Shown here one piece after another: positions 12,788 to 23,096 of a stretch of 42,512 bases of DNA (positions are counted from its first letter, which is position 1; each line of letters starts with the position of its first letter). A model generated the notes under the pieces. It was not told the DNA's origin, did no database searches, and worked only from the letters and a program-made list of their open reading frames with translations. Made by a program: the position numbers and the translations under genes. Location: contig CAJFCJ010000072.1 of the NCBI GenBank assembly GCA_904063045.1, forward strand, positions 71,544 through 114,055, in the 5' to 3' direction. The DNA is from Dimorphilus gyrociliatus (Eukaryota; Animalia; Annelida).

Positions 12788-13739
12788 NNNNNNNNNNNNN
12801 NNNNNNNNNNNNNNNNNNNNNNNNNNNNNNNNNNNNNNNNNNNNNNNNNNNNNNNNNNNNNNNNNNNNNNNNNNNNNNNNNNNNNNNNNNNNNNNNNNNN
12901 NNNNNNNNNNNNNNNNNNNNNNNNNNNNNNNNNNNNNNNNNNNNNNNNNNNNNNNNNNNNNNNNNNNNNNNNNNNNNNNNNNNNNNNNNNNNNNNNNNNN
13001 NNNNNNNNNNNNNNNNNNNNNNNNNNNNNNNNNNNNNNNNNNNNNNNNNNNNNNNNNNNNNNNNNNNNNNNNNNNNNNNNNNNNNNNNNNNNNNNNNNNN
13101 NNNNNNNNNNNNNNNNNNNNNNNNNNNNNNNNNNNNNNNNNNNNNNNNNNNNNNNNNNNNNNNNNNNNNNNNNNNNNNNNNNNNNNNNNNNNNNNNNNNN
13201 NNNNNNNNNNNNNNNNNNNNNNNNNNNNNNNNNNNNNNNNNNNNNNNNNNNNNNNNNNNNNNNNNNNNNNNNNNNNNNNNNNNNNNNNNNNNNNNNNNNN
13301 NNNNNNNNNNNNNNNNNNNNNNNNNNNNNNNNNNNNNNNNNNNNNNNNNNNNNNNNNNNNNNNNNNNNNNNNNNNNNNNNNNNNNNNNNNNNNNNNNNNN
13401 NNNNNNNNNNNNNNNNNNNNNNNNNNNNNNNNNNNNNNNNNNNNNNNNNNNNNNNNNNNNNNNNNNNNNNNNNNNNNNNNNNNNNNNNNNNNNNNNNNNN
13501 NNNNNNNNNNNNNNNNNNNNNNNNNNNNNNNNNNNNNNNNNNNNNNNNNNNNNNNNNNNNNNNNNNNNNNNNNNNNNNNNNNNNNNNNNNNNNNNNNNNN
13601 NNNNNNNNNNNNNNNNNNNNNNNNNNNNNNNNNNNNNNNNNNNNNNNNNNNNNNNNNNNNNNNNNNNNNNNNNNNNNNNNNNNNNNNNNNNNNNNNNNNN
13701 NNNNNNNNNNNNNNNNNNNNNNNNNNNNNNNNNNNNNNN
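12788..13739. other. Assembly gap (952 N)
   Basis: Directly visible. Confidence 1.
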
Positions 13740-14086
13740 ATGTTACTTTGTTTTTGTGAACATTGAAATTTGTGAACTATCAACCCTTAAAAGAGTATAA
13801 AACCCTACGAAATTAACAGTTGATAGTTCAGTTTTCTAACCGTCAGCTAGTTGTTTAAACTAGCTTGTTTAGAACTAGAAGCTCATTTTTCAAATACATT
13901 TCTTTGGACGAAATACTGGTGTTTTGTTAATCAATTTCTACCGAAATTGCCTTTGTTAGACTATTTGTGGACGAACTTTAAAGGTTCTATTTGGACCAGT
14001 ACTTTGGCAAGTTGGTAAATGATTGGAAAGGACGATTACAGTTGTGACGAACAGAAATTCCTACAATTACAATACAACAAAGTACA
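13740..14086 (+). repeat. Visible 347-bp 3' portion of the 5' LTR of copy B
   Basis: Matches the distal part of 21794-22732 and ends in ...caacaaagtaca. Confidence 0.93.
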
Positions 14087-14089
14087 AAT

Positions 14090-15070
14090 ATGGCGCAGTC
14101 GACAGCCCACAATGCTACTTCAATGAATGTTATTTTGGTTTATGAGAATGACAAAGCCAGAGCCAAGGAAGTAGATGAGTATCTTTCAAAATTAATGAAT
14201 TAATGTTGAGAATTAAAAGTAGTGGAGCCAAAGTTGATGGTAATAGCTTTTTAAAGTACCATTTGATGACTGGGGCAGCTACAATTCCTGAAGGTATGGT
14301 TAATCCTGATCCTACTCAACCAAATTCAGTTATGATGGCATTCAAGAAAATGCTTTGGAAAAGACAATTGCAAGTCTTCTAATTGATGCTAATGAGAAAC
14401 CTAATACTACTTTGCTGAGACCCTATTCTGGTAGCAAAGATACTTGGGCCTTTAAGAGGAACTTTCAAACAGCTTGTGAATTAAACCTTTGGGATACAGA
14501 AGAGAAAAGAGTTCGAATGCTGAGAAAATACACTACTGGAAGAGCCAGAGATGTTATTGAAAGTTTACCCTCCATGGCAACTGAAAATGAAATTTGGGAT
14601 GCATTGGATGAAGAATTTAATCCAGTTCCTATGGCTTACAAAAAAAAATTGATAGCTTGAGACAGTTCAATGATGAAACTGTCCAAAGTTTTGTTAGAAG
14701 AAGTAAAGAACTTGTGGAAAAATTCCTACATTCAATACTACTGAAATGGCTTGTGTTACAGAAAAAGTTAGAGAGCTCCAACTTTTAAGTGTATTCAGGA
14801 TAGGTCTTAAAGGAAAAATTGTTAATCATGTGGAAAAAGATGGAAAAATTAAGTCAGTTAATCAGTATATTAAATTGGCAAAAAGAGCAGAAATATTTTT
14901 TGATAATGCAAGAAAAGAAAGCGAAAATGAATTCAAACAGTACAAAAGGAGATTTGACAACAATCAGAGTAACTCAAAATCAAAATGAACATACATTTAA
15001 ACCTTTTTCTCAAAATAGATTTCAACAACAAGAAATGGAAATGCAGGAAATAATGAAAAGGCAGCTTTAA
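14090..15070 (+). pseudogene. gag: gag, frameshifted in this assembly
   Basis: Capsid-like segments RPYSGSKDTWAFKRNFQTACELNLW..GRARDVI..IWDALDEEF and FRIGLKGKIVNHV..QYIKLAKRAE. No zinc knuckle seen. Confidence 0.75.
14091..14105 (+). promoter_or_regulatory. Primer binding site, tRNA-Ser type
   Basis: TGGCGCAGTCGACAG follows the LTR end after a 4-nt spacer. It is complementary to a CCA-ended tRNA-Ser 3' end (..CGACUGCGCCA), the primer class used by the 17.6/297/ZAM/Idefix errantivirus lineage. Confidence 0.8.
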
Positions 15071-15181
15071 CAGACTAATACATGTTGGACCTGATGAACC
15101 TAATGAAACTGAAATTTCTAAAGGAAGAATGGCAATATTTAATCTCAAAGAAGAGAAATCACACATTTTAAGTGTACTTCT

Positions 15182-18100
15182 TTGGTGAAAGGCAGAAAAG
15201 ATTTCCAATTTCGAATGAAAAATCATAATGGAAGAGAGGTTATTGCTTTATGTGATTCAGGAGCACTTTTGTCATTTATTACAGAAAAAGAAATCAGGTT
15301 AATGGATTCTAAATTCATCAAGAAAGAAACTACTGGCTTACCCAATCATCACTTCAGCAGAGGGAAATGCTTTAAAGACAAAAGGAAAACAAAACTGAAT
15401 ATTCAATTTAATGGAAGAATTATGGAACAAGAATTCTTTATTATGGAAAAACTAGATATGGCTATAATACTTGGTTGTGATTTCTTAGAAATGCTGGAGC
15501 TCTTATTGATTTTGCAACAAAAAAGTTTCTCTTCCATTCTTTATCAGAAAAGGACAACCAGTTAGAAAGTTTTGCAATATAACGAAAATCACCAAACAAA
15601 ATTTGGAAAACAAGGCAGTGTAAAAAAAGTAACTGTTGGAATGATGGGACAGTATTTTGAAGATTCTGACACTCCATCTGAAGTTTTTGATACTCCATCT
15701 GAAGTTTCAGATAGTGTGGACTCAGAAATGGAAGTTACTGATCCAGATACTGGCTATGATACAAGCAACACTCATGGTTCAAGCATAGTTTATGAGGGAT
15801 TCAATGGTTTTGATTCAAATAGCAATTATGGCACAGATGAAAGTTCCAGTACTTCTGAAATTATGATACAGAAACAAGTATTGAATCAGATCACAGCCCA
15901 GACTCAGATTTGGATATAATCAATGGTACAAGCTCATCTGAAGATGAATTAGTGATTCAACTGATTCTGATCATGGTTCAATGATTGTTATAGACTCATC
16001 TGAGGAAGAGCTTGATAACATAACTGAGCCTGATAATGATTCAATGATTGTTATAGACTCATCTGAAGAAGAGACCAGTAACACAATTGAGTCTGACAAT
16101 GATTCCATAATGGTTATAGACTCATCTGATGAAGAGACTGGAAATATACCTAAGTCTGACAATGACTCAGTTATTCTCATAAATTCTCTGAAGAAGAAAC
16201 TGAAGACTTGGCTATGGAAATGGAAATGAAACCACAATACATAGAATTAGAAGATGGAATAACTATCAAAGTGGCAAAAGAACAAAGAAAAATCCAGTAA
16301 CTCCTGAAATAGAAGAATTACAGTTGGAAAGTATTGAATTTGAACATTTGTCTAATCAAAATGTACACATATTAATTCAAATACACTAGAAATTGACAAT
16401 TATTTACATGTGTCCAAAAATAATCTTGACAAGAACAGAGAAGAATTAAAAGAAATGATAAAGAATTATGAAGATATTATTGCTACAAATCAGAATGACA
16501 TTGGTTCACCAGATGTTCCACCAATGGCAATTGAATTATTGGAAGATATAAAGCCTTTCAACAAAGACCATACAGATTGCCACCCAACAAACAGCAGGAA
16601 TGCAGGGATCAATTAAATGGATTATTGGAAAATGGTCTAATTAGAGCAAGCAAAAGCCAATGGGCTTCACCCATTGTTTTTGTGAAAAAGAAAGAAGGAA
16701 CATTAAGAATGTGTGTGGATTACAGAAAACTTAACAAGCAATCAAAAAAGAATTGTTATCCAATCCCACATCAGGAAGATTTATTTGATAAGCTTGGAGG
16801 AGGCCACAAATATTTTTCTATATTGGATTTAACAAGTGCATTTCATCATATTCCAATTAAAGAAGAAGATAAGGAGAAAACTGCTTTTATTACACCATTT
16901 GGTTTATTTGAATTCAACCGCATGCCATTTGGTTTGGGCAAATGCACCTTCACACTTCAGCTATATCATGGCAAATTTTGTTATTAATGGATTGGAAAAC
17001 TTCTGCATTAATTATATGGATGATATTATAGTTTTTACCAAAACATTGGAAGAACACTTTGTAGCTCTACAGAAACTTATGGAAAGAATCAAGGAAAAAG
17101 ACTTCAGAATTAAACTGAGCAAATGTGCATTCTTACAAGAATCAGTTCAATTCCTTGGTCATAGAATTACACAGAATGGTATTGAAACTGATCCTGAAAA
17201 GATTCAGAAAATAAAAGATGCCAAATTACCTATGTTTGCAAATACTCTGTTGAGTTTTGTGGCATTTTGTGGTTATTATAGAAGATTTGTTAAAGATTTT
17301 GCAAAAATCACAAAACCTTTGAGAGAATTATTAAAAGTACACCCAAAGACAGAAAAACTGAAATGGACAAAAAAAGCAGAGGAAGCTTATGAAACACTAA
17401 GGAATGCAATGACAGAGCCCCAATCCTTCAACTGCCAGACTTTACTAAATCATTCTATTTAACAACAGATGCTTCTAATTATGCAGTTGGTGCAGTTCTA
17501 GAACAAGAATGGGAAGAAGATGGAAAGAAAATAAGAAAACCAATTTCTTTTGCTTCCAAGCTCCTAATCAATACACAACTAAGATATGCAGCTTATCAAA
17601 AGAGGCTTTTGCAGTATATTGGGCAGTACAAAATTCTCCCATTATCTACAGTATAAGAATTTTTTCTCTACACTGATCACCAAAATTTGGTACAAACATT
17701 TGTACAAAACAAACTGAATACAAGTACTGTTAAATGGGTGATGGCACTTATGGATATGGATTTTGAAATAATATACATACCAGGAAGAACTAATAGAGCA
17801 GACTGGATATCAAGAATTGGTGAAACTGATGAAGTAATTGATTTTCGTAATTTACTTAAGGAAAGATTAAATGAAGAAAAACAAAATGGCAATACAGTTC
17901 CCCAATTAGCAGAAAGAAAGGATATGCTTAAATGCTTTTATATTGATACAGAGGACTTAGAAGAATTAGATGATTGTTTAGATGACAATCTAGACAATGA
18001 TTATGATGAAGACATAACTGAAATCCAAGCCCAGATTATGAAACTAAAAATCACACCAGTTGAAATAAACTTCTATAGAGAACAAGTATTAGATACTCCA

Positions 18101-19353
18101 CTAATGAAAGTTGTAGACAAATTGGAAGGAGAAAACATTGATAATGGGTCTTTGAATGAATATGGAAACTTTATTGAATCTATGTTTGTAAAAGAAGACC
18201 TTGTATGGTATCTAAATGGCTGTCAACCACTACTTGTAATTCCACTATCAACTCTAACCAACTTACTTGGACAAATTCATCAACATCAACTATTTGAGCA
18301 CTATGGTGTAGACATAACAATTCACACTTTGGAGCAAGCTTTCTGGCACCCAAAGCTAAAGAAAACAATTAAAGATCACATAAAGAGTTGTGAATTTTGT
18401 GAGCAATTAAGAGCACCAGGCAACAAACATCTGTTGGTTGAAACACCTCACCCAACTTTACCAATGCAAAGAATAGCTATGGACATAATGGGACCTCTGA
18501 CTGGACATGATTCTTACAAGTATATACTTGTCATTATAGACCACATGTCCAGATTTACCAACATATTCCCTCTAAAAACTCAAACAGCTGAGGAAATTTC
18601 TAAACATTTGTTTTTCAACTATTTCCCAATATTTGGTATCCCAGAAGAAATTCTCACAGATCAAGGAAGGAATTTTCTTGGGGAAATCTTTACAGAAATG
18701 GTGACATCAATGGAATACGAAAAATTAAAACAACAGCATTCCATAGCCAAAGTAATGGAATGGTAGAAAGAAAGAATTTGGAAATTCGTAGAGCACTACA
18801 TAAACATGTAGTTATGGAACAATTAACAGATTGGACAAGACAGTTACCATTAATTCAGACATGTTTAAATCAAATTCCAGTTGGAAGCACTGGCAAAACC
18901 CCACATGAAATATTATTTGGATTGAAGAATAGAAATGTTTTAGACCTGTTAATGGAAGTTCCAAGATTAGAACCAACAACAAAATTCTTATTTGATAGAA
19001 AACATGAACTTGAAGAAATTAGAGCAACAGCACTTTGCAAATCTGTTCTAAAAAAGAAGGAATATAGAGATAGAGTTAATAAAGCTATTACAAGAAAACC
19101 TCCAACTTACAAAATTGGTGATTGGGTACACATAAGAAATGAAAACATTGGTCAAGGAATGAACAGAATAAATACAAGCAAATGGAGTGGACCATATCTT
19201 GTAACTGCTACAGATACTACAAAATGTTTGTATGAATTACAAATATTGGCAGATAAAAGAAAATTCTATCATGCTAGTAGACTAAGACTAGCTAACAAAC
19301 AACCTATAACAGTTAACACAGTGACAGTAGGGAAACACCAAACAAATGGTGGA
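15182..19353 (+). pseudogene. pol: pol of copy B (aspartic protease, acidic spacer, RT, RNase H, integrase) with single-base frameshifts
   Basis: Protease LCDSGA..IILGCDFL; RT YMDD; RH TDAS/TDH; IN HHCC and DDE. Confidence 0.9.
15914..16207 (+). repeat. 63-nt (21-codon) tandem repeat, about 5 units, in the PR-RT spacer
   Basis: Units start at 15978, 16041, 16104 and 16167, plus a degenerate unit at ~15914. They encode (M/I)(I/M)VIDSS(E/D)EE..SDNDS. Confidence 0.92.
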
Positions 19354-21783
19354 ATGCTTCCTATCAGAGGATCAATAATTTATACACTGTTAGCAATATG
19401 CTGTTTAAACTTGGTCCAAGCAAATGTATCCATAACAAAAGCAAACATAACTGTAAGAATGCTACCATCAGTACAGTTTTGTCAAGGACAACAAGTACAC
19501 CAATCATTTGATTTAGCAGATGAACCAGTATGTACCTTTGAAACTAAACAAATGATCAAAATTGTAGCTAACATCTATGAAATTAAAGCTGACAATTTGG
19601 CAATTCAAGCTGTCAAGTGTTTAGTGAAAAGAAGAATCAATTTCTACACTCATTACTTTTTTGGAGCAAAGAAACACAGAATTGAAAAACAAACACTTGC
19701 CTTAAGTGAAAAACAATGCAGAACAATGCTATACACACACAAAACCTTAAATGGACAAAACCTAATTGAAAAAGGCAAACTTCTTATGTATAATGAAAAC
19801 AAAGGACCAAATTACAAATGGCCAAGAACCACAGTGGTGGAAGAATTTACAACAATCCTTCAAATTGGCAAGGCTTATTGGAATCCAAGTCAAGATAAAA
19901 TAACCACAAATTTGGAATATTTAGAAGACTGTTCTATTAAACAAAAATTTTGTAGAACTTTGGATTCAATCATTATATTTAATCCAGAAAAAGGCCAAAG
20001 TCTTCTAGGCCATGTTTCACCATGGAAAATAGTTTCCCATAATGTGGAATGTGTAAAACTTGGAGGATATTTTTCCTGCCCCAACTATGCAATAATGGAT
20101 TTACCTTACCAAGACAGATATATCAAAGGATATGGTGGTCCTGGTACCAGAGTATTGGTACCCCAGAAAGAATATGACTTACTTAGAACTGATCTTACAA
20201 ATTCTAATTATGCTGACAATAAAATAATAGAGGATACAAAATACAAGATCATTTCAAATAAAGAAGTTAATAGATTGGAGAAATATATTGGAAAGAAATC
20301 ATCACTAAGAAAGGCCAATGTCACAGAAATACAAGATATTTTAACATATAATGATTGGTATAGAGATGGTGACAAAACCTACCATATGCTGATAAAAAAT
20401 CATGCAACACCATTAGTGAGGACTTGGTTTGTCAAAGAAATTATTTCTCCAGACATCTGGGATATTCACAACAAATACATACTAAAAATGCTGAAAACAA
20501 CAAAGCTAAAACCTGCCAGACCAGTAAGATCACAAGATTTTGAATTGGACAAAAAACCAGTTACTTTCAACCCACTCCCAAACATGAACATTTGGTATCA
20601 AAGCCCAAAAGATACACAATTTCAAATTCATACAGAAAATGGCAAATATACACTTTTACAAAGAAAACCAATAAATCACAAATGGAAGAGGAAACAATTA
20701 GAAAACATAGAGATTCCAGAATCCCACCAAATAAATATAAAAGATGCTATAAGAACAGCTGCACTACTAAACAATATTGACAAAAATTTTCAAAATTTAC
20801 AAACAGTTTTTAAACAAGTTTCACAACTTTTATGCAAAGAATTTATCATGAGAAACAAGATGATAGCCCTACTTACACCACTATCACCTCAACTACCAAC
20901 AATACTTGGATCTAAACATGGAACCCATAGTACATGGTTAGGAGATCTAACAACCCTCAATACATGTACAGAATTAAAAACTGTTCAAGTAGTTTGTGAC
21001 ACAACAATTATAACAAAAAATGGATTATGTTCAAAAGAATTTCTGATCAAATATAAAGATCTCCTATTCTCAATTGATCCAATACTTCATCATGCTTACC
21101 ACATCACAAAAGAAGACATAAGATATGGTACATGTGACCAAACTCAGCATCTCTTCAAGATCAAGAAAAATCCTTTGGATGCAGAACAAAATCAATATGC
21201 CATACATTCTGGCAAGAAGACATTTATCTATTATACAAGGAAAGGATGCAGGTTCCAAACAGCAGCAGCACAATCAATCAGAATGAAAATCAACAGTCAA
21301 ATTGAAGAACCAAAACTAGAAGTTGTCAGACTCACAGAATTATTACAACTAGGTATAAAAGAAGATGTGGGCAAGAAACATTATCAGATACAACAAGTTT
21401 TGGAATACATACAGGATACTTTGACTAAGCATAGAGAGCATATTAACTTTGCAAATGATTTAGGAATTGATGCAGCCTTGTCACCAACACAACATCTATT
21501 TTCTTCATGGATAAGAAAACCTTTCAAAATACTAATAGACACACTTCTGCCAATTATACTCTTGATTGGAATTGGATTCTTCATCTACTTTATTTGGAAG
21601 AAAAAACTGAAAAGAGTTCAATTTACCAGACTGTCTAAACTACTGACAAAAACAAAAAGATTACCTTCAGCTCCAACAGCTGAATCAGAAGAAATAGAAC
21701 TGCAAAATTATCCTATGTTCAGAAAAAGTGGTGATAACATAATTGTCACAAGTCCTAGACCTTTCGTGGAAGCAAGGTCTTAA
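19354..21783 (+). CDS. env: Env-like class III fusion glycoprotein of copy B (809 aa from the internal Met; in frame with integrase)
   Basis: Signal peptide, N-glycosylation sequons (NVS, NIT, NVT), fusion-domain-like C..FFGAK..SEKQC, long central helix ending LLCKEF, GDL..LNTC..V..CSKE motif, C-terminal TM helix. The class III assignment rests on motif recall. Confidence 0.8.
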   Translation: MLPIRGSIIYTLLAICCLNLVQANVSITKANITVRMLPSVQFCQGQQVHQSFDLADEPVCTFETKQMIKIVANIYEIKADNLAIQAVKCLVKRRINFYTHYFFGAKKHRIEKQTLALSEKQCRTMLYTHKTLNGQNLIEKGKLLMYNENKGPNYKWPRTTVVEEFTTILQIGKAYWNPSQDKITTNLEYLEDCSIKQKFCRTLDSIIIFNPEKGQSLLGHVSPWKIVSHNVECVKLGGYFSCPNYAIMDLPYQDRYIKGYGGPGTRVLVPQKEYDLLRTDLTNSNYADNKIIEDTKYKIISNKEVNRLEKYIGKKSSLRKANVTEIQDILTYNDWYRDGDKTYHMLIKNHATPLVRTWFVKEIISPDIWDIHNKYILKMLKTTKLKPARPVRSQDFELDKKPVTFNPLPNMNIWYQSPKDTQFQIHTENGKYTLLQRKPINHKWKRKQLENIEIPESHQINIKDAIRTAALLNNIDKNFQNLQTVFKQVSQLLCKEFIMRNKMIALLTPLSPQLPTILGSKHGTHSTWLGDLTTLNTCTELKTVQVVCDTTIITKNGLCSKEFLIKYKDLLFSIDPILHHAYHITKEDIRYGTCDQTQHLFKIKKNPLDAEQNQYAIHSGKKTFIYYTRKGCRFQTAAAQSIRMKINSQIEEPKLEVVRLTELLQLGIKEDVGKKHYQIQQVLEYIQDTLTKHREHINFANDLGIDAALSPTQHLFSSWIRKPFKILIDTLLPIILLIGIGFFIYFIWKKKLKRVQFTRLSKLLTKTKRLPSAPTAESEEIELQNYPMFRKSGDNIIVTSPRPFVEARS

Positions 21784-21793
21784 AGGAGTGGGA
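21782..21793 (+). promoter_or_regulatory. Polypurine tract
   Basis: AAAGGAGTGGGA lies immediately before the TG of the 3' LTR and overlaps the env stop codon. Confidence 0.85.
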
Positions 21794-22732
21794 TGTTTGT
21801 ACACATACATTCGTCAGCTATATTCTACAATAGAGAAGTAGTATTGAACCAGTATTGTACTATGCAGATAGCACTGATAAAGATAAGCAGTAGTGACCTA
21901 GTTTCGCATAGGGCAGTGCATACACATTATGCAGTAATAAAACCTATTGAATTATATAAAGAATATTTGCTATTTGCAACCTAGCATTAATATTACAATT
22001 TATTAATCCATAAATTTATGATTTCGAACTAAAACTAGTTCAATTAATTATCAATTATGCTTAAATTCTAAGGTTAGATTATATTCACTATTCAACAGTA
22101 TTGTATACACAATACTGTTCTTTTTAACATGCATTAATCAGATATACTTCCTCCTTATATGCTGATGCTAAATTTACTAACTCAATCAATTGAATATCAT
22201 TATTAAGGTAGAATATAAAAACGGTCAAATATACAATCTACATGTTTTCTTGATTGTTGGACTTGTCCTACTAAAATTGTTACATCTTATGCAACTCTCC
22301 AACCTGAGAAATTCAACTATTATTTAGAAGAGGAAAACAATAAAAACATGACCATATTTAGAACTTTTCTTTGTCTTCAAATGTTACTTTTGTTTTTGTG
22401 AACATTGAAATTTGTGAACTATCAACCCTTAAAAGAGTATATAAACCCTACGAAATTAACAGTTGATAGTTCAGTTTTCTAACCGTCAGCTAGTTGTTTA
22501 AACTAGCTTGTTTAGAACTAGAAGCTCATTTTACTCAATACATATTCTTTGGACGAAATACTGGTGTTTTGTTAATCAATTTCTACCGAAATTGCCTTTG
22601 TTAGACTATTTGTGGACGAACTTTAAAGGTTCTATTTGGACCAGTACTTTGGCAAGTTGGTAAATGATTGGAAAGGACGATTACAGTTGTGACGAACCAG
22701 AAATTCCTACAATTACAATACAACAAAGTACA
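21794..22732 (+). repeat. 3' LTR of copy B (939 bp, TG...CA)
   Basis: TGTTTGTACA...CAAAGTACA; differs from the copy A LTR by only a few bases. Confidence 0.95.
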
Positions 22733-23096
22733 ATGATTTTTTTTATTTTTTGAATATAGCCTTATAACATATTACTAAAACACATATCAAAAATTAAAAA
22801 AAATTGTGGGCTTGGAATTAGAGATATTAAGCATTGAAGTTTGTGCTTGATACAATGGTTTTTGACTAACCCATGTTTTATAAAGAAAATGTTTATTGTA
22901 ATCAATGTTTTTCAGATTATAGAAACAAATATATTATTAATACTGAGCAAAATGGCATCTAACAAACTGTTAAGAATACTATAAACTGGTTTTTCCCTAA
23001 CAATCCACAACTTGTTTACATACATAAGGAACATTAACAGAAATTTGTAAATTTGATGTTGACTATAATAGTTTAGGTTAGTTGTAAGGCTGATAT

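Larger units (their letters stand above)
13740..22732 (+). mobile_element. Env-bearing Ty3/gypsy LTR retroelement, copy B (partial 5' LTR, PBS, gag, PR, spacer, RT, RH, IN, env, PPT, 3' LTR)
   Basis: Gypsy domain order PR-RT-RH-IN, flanked by matching LTR sequence. Extrapolated full length ~9.6 kb. Confidence 0.95.

Noticed and set aside
12725-13783. 344-aa and 334-aa ORFs
   Set aside because: Artefacts of translating the N gap.
21793-21984. 63-aa ORF MFVHIHSS.. recurring at 7032, 21793 and 37711
   Set aside because: Lies wholly in the LTR and recurs only because the LTR does; no motif or coding signal.
22336-22450. Assigning U3/R/U5 from AATAAA and a TATA-like box in the LTR
   Set aside because: The candidate AATAAA precedes the candidate TATA and both are common in AT-rich DNA; needs transcript ends.
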